IMG/VR virus record: IMGVR_UViG_3300042874_000422
Location: 1 to 64,000 of that record
Strand: one strand, 5' to 3'
DNA: 64,000 nucleotides
Origin: a virus
Under the pieces are notes generated by a model that did not search any database, was not told where the DNA came from, and saw only the letters and a program-made list of their open reading frames with translations. The position numbers and the translations under genes were made by a program. Shown piece after piece: positions 18,793 through 28,455 of the stretch (position 1 is its first letter; each line of letters begins with the position of its first letter).

Positions 18793-19167
18793 GGCTTCGT
18801 TCTTTCGAGCGCGAGGAGGATGCGCTCGGCTTCTTTGATCGCGAATTCGCGCTCGGCGATCTGCGATTCGATCTGCACGGCGCCCTCGCGAATGAGCTGC
18901 TCGATGTGGCCACCGCTGAGGACTTCCTGTCGGACGCTGCGCGGTGCTTGCAGAAGCGCGGTCGTCTCGGTGCCGTTGCGCTTGCTGAGGATCAGCGCCC
19001 ACTGACCGCGATGCTTGCCGAACACCAGCTGCGTCTCGTCGTTGAACGCCGTATGCACCCGTCGAGAAGTGCAGGCGCAGGCCCGCCTCGATTTTCGAGA
19101 TGAAGTCGGCGAGTTGATCGTCGAGCGCGTCGAGCCGCCGACTGGCTTCGGAGATCTCAGTCTTCAT
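18789..19167 (-). pseudogene. probably one frameshifted gene
   Basis: MKTEISE...LHFST continues sensibly only in another frame (VHTAFNDETQLVFGKH...) near 19060. Confidence 0.5.
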
Positions 19168-19435
19168 ATGTCAGCCGCTCGTCGATGAACGTGAAGCGCG
19201 GGACCGGCTTGAAGCTGTTGGCCGTGAAGCGCGGGACCGGCTTGAAGTTGGCCACGATCTCGTGAAACTCTTCCTCGTCGCGGATGTTGATCACACCGTG
19301 CGCCAGGCTGACGTAGACGACATGCGGGCGATCTTCCGTGGGCCCGTTGGTCGACATGCGAGCGACGAACAGCACGCGGTACAGCCCGCCCTTGTAGTGA
19401 CGGTAGACGCCGGGCTTGGTGGGGACGGTGATCAT
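19157..19435 (-). CDS. DUF1653 family protein
   Basis: GVYRHYKGGLYRV, VVY, PRF; C-terminal FKPVPRFT duplicated. Confidence 0.85.
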   Translation of the reverse strand: MITVPTKPGVYRHYKGGLYRVLFVARMSTNGPTEDRPHVVYVSLAHGVINIRDEEEFHEIVANFKPVPRFTANSFKPVPRFTFIDERLTYED

Positions 19436-19839
19436 GTGAGCGCCTTCACTAGCTCCGCGACGACGGCGTCGCGATCGATGTTGTCGTCGAGGCAGCGGGC
19501 TTCGTGCTGAACGAGCACGTCGTGGATCTTGTCGCGCAGCGTCTGCTCGGTCGCGTGCCGCTCGTCGTGCGTGAGCACGGCGCCGCCGAACAGCTCGGTG
19601 ATGATCACGCTCGCGAGGTTCCACAGCCGGTTCGCATCGAGCGCCACGGTCGCGTTGAACCCGCTCGGCGAGTCGACTTCGATCAGGTTGTCGTCGTTGT
19701 CGCGCTCGTGAACGGTGATGCAGCCGCCATCGTCGCTTTCGATGCGGATTTTCCGCGTCATCTCGCCCGCCTTGGCGAACTTCGTCGTGATGACGGCCCA
19801 GACCTCGTCGCCGGGATCCTTGCGACGGTCGTTGTTCAC
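19432..19839 (-). CDS. hypothetical protein
   Basis: GTGA/ATGA coupling. Confidence 0.55.
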   Translation of the reverse strand: MNNDRRKDPGDEVWAVITTKFAKAGEMTRKIRIESDDGGCITVHERDNDDNLIEVDSPSGFNATVALDANRLWNLASVIITELFGGAVLTHDERHATEQTLRDKIHDVLVQHEARCLDDNIDRDAVVAELVKALT

Positions 19840-20195
19840 AGCTTGACCGACCCGCTGACCTCGGTCAGCTGGCGAACGGTGTACTCGACGGTGGTCTTGC
19901 CGTTCGCGTCGGTGACGAGCGAGAACTTCGCCAGCTCGGGGAGCTTGGCGCGCAGCATCTTTGAGACGACCTCCAGCTGCTTGGCGAGGTAGCTCGTGGC
20001 GCTCGATGCCTTGGGGCTCTTGCGCTTCTGCTTGGGCTTGCTCGCCGCCTTGACGTGCCGGTGGTACCACGTCGACACGGTCTGGCTCGGGATGCCCAGC
20101 TCGTCGGCGATGGCGGTCTGCGTCTTGATGCCGGCCTTGAGCATCGCGATGGCGCGGGCCTTGAGCTTCGGGTCGTGTTTCGAGGGGAACGGCAT
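19836..20195 (-). CDS. helix-turn-helix DNA-binding protein
   Basis: TQTAIADELGIPSQTVSTW. Confidence 0.75.
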   Translation of the reverse strand: MPFPSKHDPKLKARAIAMLKAGIKTQTAIADELGIPSQTVSTWYHRHVKAASKPKQKRKSPKASSATSYLAKQLEVVSKMLRAKLPELAKFSLVTDANGKTTVEYTVRQLTEVSGSVKL

Positions 20196-20235
20196 GGCTA
20201 CCACCGGTCTTTCTTGCGCGAGTCGCGACGACTCG

Positions 20236-20400
20236 TGCGGCATTTGCGGACGTCGCGGGCGACTCGTGATCGATCACGATCACCGCACAGGGAAAGTGCG
20301 CGGGCTTCTGTGTCACCGTTGCAATACCGGACTCGGGAAGCTCGGAGATTCGGTCGCAGGGCTGGAACGGGCCCTGGAATACCTACGTCGCCCTTGGGCC
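20236..20400 (+). pseudogene. recombination endonuclease VII-like (His-Me) fragment
   Basis: CGIC..LVIDHDHRTGKVRGLLCHRCNTGLG.LGD....LERALEYL; no own start; antisense to the surrounding operon. Confidence 0.75.
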
Positions 20401-20696
20401 ATCCCAGTGCATCAGGGCGCCCGAACCGAACCCAGCCGTCCCAGGAGCCATCAACCGGGGACGTCGACGTTGCAGGGCCCCGTACCGCCGTGCCTGATTT
20501 CGAGTACAGGGAAATGTATCCGATCGACCCCGTGCTCGACCCCCGATCGGATGTTGGATGGGTGCCCTCGTCGTAAGACAACCGCAAACGTCTGTAATGA
20601 TTAGGTAATTGACAGGATCGCCGATGTTCGTGTATCACATAGTATACGCGCATATCGACAAACCTAGGTTGTTGATACAGAACGTCGACGTCGGTG

Positions 20697-20957
20697 TCAA
20701 GGTTTCTGCAGCTCGGGTGTCAGATCCCCGGTCTTCCGTGCGTCATCCGAGTCATCCGAGTCGATCTCCGTCGGTGACTCGGAAGACTCGGATCGATGAG
20801 GGCAGCGCTCCTGACACCGTTCGCATAGCGAATCGAGCTGTTCCCGCAGACTGGAGGCAAGCGTTGCGAGCTCTTCGATGTACGCCTCAACGCAGCCCCT
20901 GCAGTCGAAGAACCGGGCTTTGTGGCCACGATCGCAATAGACCTTCGGTGTCGTCAT
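20697..20957 (-). CDS. hypothetical Cys-containing protein
   Basis: Coupled ORF. Confidence 0.5.
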   Translation of the reverse strand: MTTPKVYCDRGHKARFFDCRGCVEAYIEELATLASSLREQLDSLCERCQERCPHRSESSESPTEIDSDDSDDARKTGDLTPELQKP

Positions 20958-21103
20958 CGTTGGGCCTTTCGTGGTGGGTTGCGTGCGAGCGAGCGGGCGA
21001 TCAGATCCGAGTCGTCGGCCTTCTGGGCGTCGAACAGTACGAACGGATTGCCGCAGGCTTCGAGGTACTTCTGCAGATCCGCGAGCGTGGTGTTCTCTTT
21101 CAT
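20954..21103 (-). CDS. small hypothetical protein
   Basis: MKENTTLADLQKYLEACG; ATGA overlap. Confidence 0.4.
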   Translation of the reverse strand: MKENTTLADLQKYLEACGNPFVLFDAQKADDSDLIARSLARNPPRKAQR

Positions 21104-21215
21104 CTTCACTTCACGATCGGTAAAGGTGGTGGCGGCGGCAGACAACCGACGCACGTCGGAATGGCCCACGTGGTGCGACCGCCGATGATCGGCACGCCGC
21201 ACGCACAGCGGATGA

Positions 21216-21644
21216 TCATGTCTTCCTCTTCGCGTACTCGACAGCGTCGGCCCAGCCGTCGCGGTTACCAGGGAACCGCGCAGCTGGCGACGGCGCTTCG
21301 ATGACGGGATGGTTGGCGTTCGGGCCACGGAAGTGCGGATCGATGCTCTTCCAGCGCAGCGCGGAGATTGCCGACACGTTGAGAAACACCATCGTCTTGA
21401 CGCCGTCGAATTCGCGGTGCTCGCAGTGCGGGTACTTCACCAGCATCACGAGATGCTCGCCGACCTGATCAGCGCGCTCGACGATGTAGTCAGTCGTGCT
21501 GCGCGATGCCGCGAGCTTCGCGGTCTCGGTCGCACGAGCGAGCGCCTCGGCTGCACGCTCCTTTTCGAGCCGACCGTAATACTCGGCGCTGTTGGCGTCC
21601 GCACGCGCTTGGTGCTCGGCTTGTGTGGCGCAGCGGCACGTCAC
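21216..21644 (-). CDS. conserved-looking phage hypothetical protein
   Basis: LVKYPHC...F.G.K..VF, IDPHF, SPAARFP. Confidence 0.6.
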   Translation of the reverse strand: MTCRCATQAEHQARADANSAEYYGRLEKERAAEALARATETAKLAASRSTTDYIVERADQVGEHLVMLVKYPHCEHREFDGVKTMVFLNVSAISALRWKSIDPHFRGPNANHPVIEAPSPAARFPGNRDGWADAVEYAKRKT

Positions 21645-22111
21645 CAGAGCACCCGTGTCACGTAGGAGAGGTTGACCATCTCGATGCCGCGCGACTGCAT
21701 CAGCTCGACGATGTTGATCGCACCCGAGCGGGCGCTGTCGTACTGCGCGCCGTAGACGATGCGCTTGACGCCGGCCTGTGCTGCCATCTTCGCGCAATCG
21801 TAGCAGCAGCTCGCGGTGGTGTAGAGCGTGGAGCCGTCGAGCCCGCCGCCGTGCCGCGCAGCGGTCACGATCGCGTTCTCCTCGGCGTGAACCGTGCGGA
21901 CGCAGCTCTGGCGCCCGTTGATGTCGACCAGCTCGTGGCCGATCTCGTCGCAGCTCGGCCAGCCGCTTGGTGCGCCACCGTAGCCGGTCGACAAGATGCG
22001 CCGGTCGGGCGAGACGATCACCGCACCGATGCGGGCGCGGTCGCATGACATGCGCAGCGACACCGCGTCGGCGATGATCATGAAGTAGAGATCCCAGCCG
22101 GGGCGCGTCAC
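21641..22111 (-). CDS. dCMP deaminase
   Basis: WD.YF, C.R...GAVIV, TGY.G, HAEEN, CCYDC. Confidence 0.9.
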   Translation of the reverse strand: MTRPGWDLYFMIIADAVSLRMSCDRARIGAVIVSPDRRILSTGYGGAPSGWPSCDEIGHELVDINGRQSCVRTVHAEENAIVTAARHGGGLDGSTLYTTASCCYDCAKMAAQAGVKRIVYGAQYDSARSGAINIVELMQSRGIEMVNLSYVTRVLW

Positions 22112-22344
22112 TTGCCCCTCCGGTCGCGATCGTTGAGGTACTTCTCGACGGACTGGTAGCCCATCGCCTTGGCGACCTCCGCGTCGGGCGGGCGCGAGAT
22201 CACCTTGCAGGTGACCTCGTTGCCGTTGACGTGCGGGTAGGCCGCTTGCACCATCTCGTCGGCGCGACGATCGGTGAGATCGAAGCCGTCCTCGACCCAC
22301 GTCTCGTCCATCGTGACGGTGAGGGTCCACGTGTATTTCTTCAT
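22108..22344 (-). CDS. hypothetical protein
   Basis: WVEDGFDLT; coupled. Confidence 0.6.
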   Translation of the reverse strand: MKKYTWTLTVTMDETWVEDGFDLTDRRADEMVQAAYPHVNGNEVTCKVISRPPDAEVAKAMGYQSVEKYLNDRDRRGK

Positions 22345-22835
22345 GGCAGCTCCAGCACGAGAACTTGAAGGATGTTGCGAGCGATGGATTCGATGACGTG
22401 ATCGGCGTCGGCACCGAGCACGAGCGCGTAGTCGCCGTAGCCCGACGACAACTTGCTCTCACTGACGAGCGCGATGCCGGCGGTTTGCAGCTGGATCTTG
22501 ATCGTCCGCTTCATCGCTTCGACGCGAGCGGTGATCGCGGCTTGCCCGGCGACCCGATCGGCGAGCTGGCGCGCGACGATCAGCGCGCACCGCTCGCGGT
22601 TGGTGGTGGGCGACGTCTCGACGCAGCTCGTGCGATCGTGGTCGGGCACGAGCATCAGCAGAAACTGCCGGACGTCGGGCGAGCGGTGGATCAGATCGCT
22701 GATCGCCTGGTTGCGCTCAGCCCGCGCTAGCCGGCGCAGCTCCTTGCGGTGGGCGAGGACAGCGAGCAGATCGCGGTCGGTCAGATCACCGACGGTCTTG
22801 GCTTCGTGCTCGTGGGTTTGATCGTTCTTGGTCAT
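22341..22835 (-). CDS. hypothetical protein
   Basis: Coupled ORF. Confidence 0.55.
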   Translation of the reverse strand: MTKNDQTHEHEAKTVGDLTDRDLLAVLAHRKELRRLARAERNQAISDLIHRSPDVRQFLLMLVPDHDRTSCVETSPTTNRERCALIVARQLADRVAGQAAITARVEAMKRTIKIQLQTAGIALVSESKLSSGYGDYALVLGADADHVIESIARNILQVLVLELP

Positions 22836-22969
22836 GGTCTTGGACCTGGCATCTTCAGGACGAGTAGGTCAGCTCTCGCCGACGACGGAAGGGTAGTCAC
22901 CGTTGCTCCCGTCGTTTCGCCGCGCACCGAGGGGACACACCCCTGCGTAACCCCGGTGCGAGCGACGAA

Positions 22970-24079
22970 CTAGCTGCGGCGGCGGCGCCGGACCTTGAGG
23001 ATTTTGGAGACGAGCGTGGCCTTGCCGCCGGCCATCTTCGAAGCTCCGACGATCTTGAGATGCGCCGAGGCGTACTTGCGCAGATCTTCGATCGGCTGCT
23101 CCATCAGCATGGCCGGCGACATGCGGGCGAACTTCGCAGCCTTCGGGGCGGCGGGCTTGCCGGCGGGCTTGCCGGCGACGATGCGGGGCGCAGCTTTGAC
23201 CTCGGTCTTGGTCTTCGCGGGCTCGGGCGTCGCACCGTTGCTGAGCGCGTCGTAGTCGACGGCGGGCGTGTTGTCGTGCTCGTCCTGGTCCTCGCCCTCG
23301 ACATCGCCGCCCCACTCTTCGTCGTCCGCGTCGGACGTATCGACGTCCACCGACATCGTGGTGCTCGGCATGTACTCGCTGTCGCCCGCGCCGGTCCAGT
23401 TGCCGACGACAAGGTACTCGCAGACGCGCATCTTTTGGAACAAGTGATCGTTGGGCACGCACACGACGTGCTCGGGATCGATGCGGCAGATGATCACGCG
23501 CTCGCTGAAGTTGTGAGCGTACTGCAGCGCGCCCACGTGCAGCCCCTGGTGACACGCGGTCGCCGGGTTGTCAGAGATCAGGTTGCGCGCCATCTTCACG
23601 ACGCGACCGGGGCTGTTGTCGATCGTCCCCGAGTGAGCGTCCATGTAGTCGTGCTTGACGCCCTTGTACGCGAGGAACGTGCCGTCCGGCTCGATCGGCA
23701 CACCGACGTGCTGCAGGAAAGCGTGCAGCTGCGTGCGCGACTGGAACGAGGGATTCTTGTGGAGCCGCTCGTAGAACTTGAACAGCGGCTCCGGGCTCTC
23801 GCCAGCCGCCGCCATCGTGAAGATGCGGCGCGACAGCGAGTCCGGCAGCGGGACGCTGTCGTACGAGATCGTGCGACCGTCGACGACGAACTTGTCGCCC
23901 AGCCACTGCTGCAGCGAGCCGCTGAGCGTGACGAGCTTTTCGATGTCGCCCCACTGCTCGTCGAAGATCGCTCGCCGCAGCGTGTGGTACTGCGGCGTGC
24001 CGGCATGCACGGTGTGCGACTTGCCGGTGAGGAGGACGGTGATGCTCTCGTTGGTCATGGTGAACGGGATCGTTGACAT
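22970..24079 (-). CDS. rIIB: rIIB-like protein
   Basis: NPS, DG.FLAYK.V, D.HSG, C..GLHV, VVCVP.D, K.RVC.Y; follows rIIA. Confidence 0.88.
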   Translation of the reverse strand: MSTIPFTMTNESITVLLTGKSHTVHAGTPQYHTLRRAIFDEQWGDIEKLVTLSGSLQQWLGDKFVVDGRTISYDSVPLPDSLSRRIFTMAAAGESPEPLFKFYERLHKNPSFQSRTQLHAFLQHVGVPIEPDGTFLAYKGVKHDYMDAHSGTIDNSPGRVVKMARNLISDNPATACHQGLHVGALQYAHNFSERVIICRIDPEHVVCVPNDHLFQKMRVCEYLVVGNWTGAGDSEYMPSTTMSVDVDTSDADDEEWGGDVEGEDQDEHDNTPAVDYDALSNGATPEPAKTKTEVKAAPRIVAGKPAGKPAAPKAAKFARMSPAMLMEQPIEDLRKYASAHLKIVGASKMAGGKATLVSKILKVRRRRRS

Positions 24080-24204
24080 GGGGCGTGTCCTTTCGTGTTT
24101 GCTGTGGTTGCTGTGCTCGCCGCAGATGCGGCAGCGTGTCGTGAGTAGCTCGTCGGGAATGAAAGCGTGGGACCTGTACCGGGCCATTGGTGATTCGTCG
24201 TCCA

Positions 24205-26286
24205 TTACGGCACGCTCTTGAACTGGACGACGTTGGCCGGGCTCGGCGCGAGCGCGCTGTCGAAGATCTCGATGTAGCGCGCCCACTCCTCGCGGACCTC
24301 GCGGGCCTCAGCGTTGTACGGGTCGCACCACAGCTCGGAGAAACCGGTGCGACGGAGCAGCGGGTACCGCTTCTTGATGTCAGCGTACGCGACCTTCGCG
24401 GCGCTCTTGTCCCACGTGTTGCCGCTGCGCTCGGCGAGCGTGCCGATGGCGCCCGAAATCTCGGACTTGATCGCCTTCTGAGCGTCGACCCAGCCGGTGA
24501 GCCATTCAACGATCGGGTGGTTCTCACCGAGCCGCTCGGTGACCCACTTGCAGGCCTTCGCGCCCGGCACCGACATGCCGCCGTAGTAGCTGTGGCGATC
24601 GTCGCGCGGGTTGGCTCGCCAGTGCAGCGCGATCAGCTCGATGTTCTCGGGCGTGAGCAGATCTTCGAGGAACGCCTCGCGCCACTTCTCGTACGTGACG
24701 CCTTCGAGCGTGGCCTTGTCGACGGGCTTCTTCTCCGTCGTCTTGTAGCCGTAGACCGCTGGCATCGTGACGCCGAACGCATTCGCCAGCTGGCGATCGG
24801 ACGTGTAGTGCCGGAAGAAATCGCTGTGGTGCGGCTTGAAGCCCTCGATGATCACCCAGACGTCGTCGGCCGTCGGGATCCGCGTGACCGCGTTCCAGTT
24901 GTCGCTCCACGGCGCGCAGAACGAGGATTGCGTCGTGTCGAGCACGAACATGCGTGCGCGGTGCTTGGGGTTGGTCTTGCGCTTGGGCTCGACGTACGGC
25001 GCGTTCCAGTGCCGCGTCGACAGCAGCTCGATCTTGACGCCGACGAGCCCGCTGGCGACGAGCGCCGCGTCGAGCGAAGCTCGCAGCTCCTCGGGCGTCT
25101 TGGTCTGCGAGCGCACGACGTAGTCGTCGTGACCGAACATGTAACCGCCGAGATCCTTGCCGGTGTCGTCGATCAGGAGGACCGTCGAGTCGGTGACGAG
25201 CAGGCGCGTGCAGGCCGACTTGTTGTGGATGATCGAAAAGTCATCGTAGGTGTACGTGACCTTCGCGAACCCCTCGGCGTACGGCTTCCACTTCTCGGGC
25301 AGCGGCAGATCCATCTTCGCCAGCACCTGCACGCGGAGCCGCGTTTCCCAGCCGGTGAACACGCCGGCCTCCAGCTGCTTGAGCGCATGCGTGACGAATT
25401 CGTCGACGAGCAGCGTGAACTTGCTCGCGAGCGCGGCCTTGGTCGCGGGGTTGTACTTCAGCTCCTCGCGGGACGCCGACATCGCGACCTCGCCGATCCC
25501 AAACTTCAGCTGGCCCGACACCGAACGGAGGCACGCGGGGATCGTGCGCGGGTCGAGCGCGTCGAGAGAGATGCGGTACGGGACGCAGCCCATGATCGCG
25601 ATCCAGTCGCCGCCGCCGGGCGTGATGACGCCGGCCTCCAGCACCGTCTGCTCGTCGGGCAGCGCCGGCAGCTCGATGTTGATCGCGGGGCGCGGCGTGA
25701 AGTGACGGAACAGCCGCTTGGCGGTCCGCTGGAATTCGTAGATGTCGCTGTGGCGCACAGCGATCTGGATCTCGACACCGGTCTCGGTGGGCTCGCACGC
25801 GGTCTCGTCGAGCAGGTTGATCGCACCCTTTTCGCTCTCGTCGAGCACCGCAACGTACGTGCGCCGCATGCCGCCGTGCCACGAGACGATCGTGAAGCTG
25901 TCGGCGTACGCGAAACCGGACTTGCTGCCGATTCCCAGCTGGCCCACGACCTCGTTGCTGTCGCGCTTGGTGCTCTTGCCGTACTGCGTGTAGACGGAGA
26001 ACACGTCCTCGTGCGAGAGCCCGGGACCGAAGTCACGGATCCGCAGCGTGGCGTCGTCGTCGTCCGGCAGCGTGACGCTGATCGGCAGCTCGGGCTTGCC
26101 GATCGAACGGTGGGCGTCCCAGGCGTTCGCGCTGTACTCGCGGAGCACCGCGAGCACCTTGTCGGTGTACAGCGTGTCGCGGAGGATGCCCATGATGTGG
26201 GCGCTATCCTCGACGGAGATTTCGAAGCTAGCGGTCGCTTGAGCGCCGCCGATCAGCGTGGCGCGATTGTTCTGGTGAGGGATCAT
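24205..26286 (-). CDS. rIIA: rIIA-like protein (GHKL/HSP90-type ATPase)
   Basis: LREYSANAWDAH, IRDFGPGL, YGKSTKRDSN, GQLGIGSKS. Confidence 0.9.
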   Translation of the reverse strand: MIPHQNNRATLIGGAQATASFEISVEDSAHIMGILRDTLYTDKVLAVLREYSANAWDAHRSIGKPELPISVTLPDDDDATLRIRDFGPGLSHEDVFSVYTQYGKSTKRDSNEVVGQLGIGSKSGFAYADSFTIVSWHGGMRRTYVAVLDESEKGAINLLDETACEPTETGVEIQIAVRHSDIYEFQRTAKRLFRHFTPRPAINIELPALPDEQTVLEAGVITPGGGDWIAIMGCVPYRISLDALDPRTIPACLRSVSGQLKFGIGEVAMSASREELKYNPATKAALASKFTLLVDEFVTHALKQLEAGVFTGWETRLRVQVLAKMDLPLPEKWKPYAEGFAKVTYTYDDFSIIHNKSACTRLLVTDSTVLLIDDTGKDLGGYMFGHDDYVVRSQTKTPEELRASLDAALVASGLVGVKIELLSTRHWNAPYVEPKRKTNPKHRARMFVLDTTQSSFCAPWSDNWNAVTRIPTADDVWVIIEGFKPHHSDFFRHYTSDRQLANAFGVTMPAVYGYKTTEKKPVDKATLEGVTYEKWREAFLEDLLTPENIELIALHWRANPRDDRHSYYGGMSVPGAKACKWVTERLGENHPIVEWLTGWVDAQKAIKSEISGAIGTLAERSGNTWDKSAAKVAYADIKKRYPLLRRTGFSELWCDPYNAEAREVREEWARYIEIFDSALAPSPANVVQFKSVP

Positions 26287-26304
26287 GGGGTGTGTCCTTC
26301 AGAG
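26284..26304 (-). promoter_or_regulatory. conserved early-gene leader GAAGGACACACCCC-ATG (one of 8 copies)
   Basis: Variants precede starts at 24079, 26286, 28185, 29139, 29453, 30343, 32210 and 32788. Confidence 0.8.
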
Positions 26305-26325
26305 CGTGAGTGGTTGTGGTGGGAG

Positions 26326-26508
26326 TTACTTGGGGAGGACTTCGTACGTGTGCCCGTTGGTCCGGAACTTGGTGCCGGGCTGCAACGTCTGCGAGAACGC
26401 ATGCGACGACGCGGCGCCAGGCGTGAGGTACTGGTGACCTCGTGCGCCCGAGTGCCGGTCGTACGTGAGCGTGGTCTCGACGCCGTCGATGAGGACGCGG
26501 TACGTCAC
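26326..26508 (-). CDS. small hypothetical protein
   Basis: GTGA overlap. Confidence 0.5.
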   Translation of the reverse strand: MTYRVLIDGVETTLTYDRHSGARGHQYLTPGAASSHAFSQTLQPGTKFRTNGHTYEVLPK

Positions 26509-26933
26509 GGCGTGTGGTTGACGAGCGCGTGCTCGCTCCAGAACTTGGTCGACGCCTCGACGTCCTTGCAGCCGGGATCGGCCGGCTCCTGCGGCGTCGG
26601 CGGGCCACCGAACGCGGTGTAGAGCACGCACGGCTGGCCGTCGTGCGGACCGGCGATCACCGTGACCTTGCGCGTGGTGCGGATGCCGTTGCGCTGCACG
26701 ATGCGCGAGAACCACGCTCGCGTGCCACGGACGCCGTACGTGACTTCGTCCTCGGTGACCGGCGCGTCGCCCATGACCGGACCGAACAGCGCGCACAGCA
26801 CGGCGCCCAGGCTCTCGGGCAGCTCGATCGTCTCGATGAAAAACCCGGTGCGCCCGACGAACAGGGCGAACACGTGTTCGACCTGCGCGGGCGTGAGCCC
26901 GTGGTCGAGGTGACTGTCCTTGTGCTTGATCAT
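26505..26933 (-). CDS. hypothetical protein
   Basis: SHLDH, LYTAFGGP..PQEP.D, FWSEHAL. Confidence 0.65.
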   Translation of the reverse strand: MIKHKDSHLDHGLTPAQVEHVFALFVGRTGFFIETIELPESLGAVLCALFGPVMGDAPVTEDEVTYGVRGTRAWFSRIVQRNGIRTTRKVTVIAGPHDGQPCVLYTAFGGPPTPQEPADPGCKDVEASTKFWSEHALVNHTP

Positions 26934-27346
26934 GGTTGCTTGCTCGCTAGACGCCAGATGGTTTCGTTGCCGCTCGCCCGCCACCACAATCGGAGTGCGT
27001 CCTTCGCAGCCATGCTGAGCGTGCGGAAGTTGTACGCGACGGGTACGACAGTGATGCCGGTGACCTCGGTGACAGCCGCCGCGAACGTCGACTGCCAGCG
27101 TTGATCGTGCGCCGCCTCGATCGTCGCGGCGTGCGCAAGCTCGTGGATCAACGTGCCCAGCTCGTCGACGAACGAGACGCCCCGGTAGATCACGAGCCGC
27201 TGCTGCAGCGGCCAGCACGTGCCGAGGCGATCGGCGTGCTGCTTGTCGCTGATCTCGATCTTGGTCTCCGAGAGATCCCGCCGCCACGCGCGGAGCGTGA
27301 CCCAGCGGGACGCCCACGTGCGGAGCCCTTGTTCACGGGTGATCAC
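26930..27346 (-). CDS. SprT-like zinc metalloprotease
   Basis: LGTC, TLIHELAH, H...W. Confidence 0.7.
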   Translation of the reverse strand: MITREQGLRTWASRWVTLRAWRRDLSETKIEISDKQHADRLGTCWPLQQRLVIYRGVSFVDELGTLIHELAHAATIEAAHDQRWQSTFAAAVTEVTGITVVPVAYNFRTLSMAAKDALRLWWRASGNETIWRLASKQP

Positions 27347-28185
27347 GACTTGCCGCCCTTCAGCCGGCCACGTCCGGCGGGGAGTCCTGCGCGCTTGCCA
27401 CCGAGCGACACGCGGCCACCGGCCTCGCGGCCCGCGTCGTAGCCCGAGCGGTTCGACACCTGCCCGACGGACGCCACGGTCCCCCAGCCCTTGCTGTAGG
27501 TGGCGTACTCGCGATCGACCTCCTCGCGGTCGCGCTCGACGATCGCGAGAGCTTTGCTGCGGTCCACCGAGCCGCCGTCGCCGCTGCTCGCGCTCGCGTC
27601 ACCGGCCGGCTCGCGCTCGTCGTTGACGTGCGTGTGAACGGGCGCCGCTTCGCGGGCCTGCCGTTCGGTCCAGATGCGCTCCGCGATCCGCTGCGAGCAG
27701 CCGACGCGGAAAGCGTTGCGGTACGCGCGGGCGGTCGCCCACTGCGGGGCGCTCTCGGCCTCGGCCAGCTCGTCGATCTGGCGCCACAGGTACTGGCACG
27801 TGTAGCGCCAGGTCTGGATCGCACTCTCGCGGCCGAACCCACGCACGTCGCTGTACTTGCGCCCGCTCTTGTTCCAGTCGCGAGCGTGCGTCCAGTGCAT
27901 GCGGACGCCGAGATCCTTGGCGACAGCGAGCGCGATGGTCTCGCGCCACGCCACACGCTTGCGACCGACGAGCGGTTGGTCGGGCTCCAGGCGCGCCGAC
28001 TTCTCGATGGGCTCGGGCGGAAGGTCGGGCTGATCGACGCGCAGCTGCGCCTCGGTCAGCTGGTACTCGGCGATCAGCGCGGTCGCGCGACCGGCGGCGG
28101 CGGCAGCTTCGTGCTCGCTGCCGGCACCTTCGGACAGCGCGAGCAGTTTGCGCACGCGGTCGATGATTTTCTCGATGTTCGACAT
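27343..28185 (-). CDS. DUF2786-domain protein
   Basis: IIDRVRKLLALS..EHEAAAA; C-terminal GY.AG..AG. Confidence 0.8.
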   Translation of the reverse strand: MSNIEKIIDRVRKLLALSEGAGSEHEAAAAAGRATALIAEYQLTEAQLRVDQPDLPPEPIEKSARLEPDQPLVGRKRVAWRETIALAVAKDLGVRMHWTHARDWNKSGRKYSDVRGFGRESAIQTWRYTCQYLWRQIDELAEAESAPQWATARAYRNAFRVGCSQRIAERIWTERQAREAAPVHTHVNDEREPAGDASASSGDGGSVDRSKALAIVERDREEVDREYATYSKGWGTVASVGQVSNRSGYDAGREAGGRVSLGGKRAGLPAGRGRLKGGKS

Positions 28186-28455
28186 GGGGGTGTGTCTCGG
28201 GGTGTTGGGTGTGTCGTGTCGGCGGTTCGCGGCGAACCACGCGATCGGCTGCACGGGTATCAACCGTGCGCAGCTGCAGACTGCAGAGCGCGTGGCGCGC
28301 CGCCAGCCGTCGTCGGCGACGGGGCGAGGGTTAGTCGAGTGCTGCGATGCCCCACGCTGTCGCGCGGTGGAGCGTGAATCCGAGGCGGGTGATCACGGCG
28401 CACGACTTGCGACCGTTGAGCACGGTGTGAACGTGTTTGAGGCGGGCCATGGATG

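Noticed and set aside
24187-26622. 811-aa plus-strand ORF, and similar long antisense ORFs (1488-2852, 12098-13861, 30342-32231)
   Set aside because: Shadow frames of real high-GC genes on the opposite strand; no motifs or RBS.
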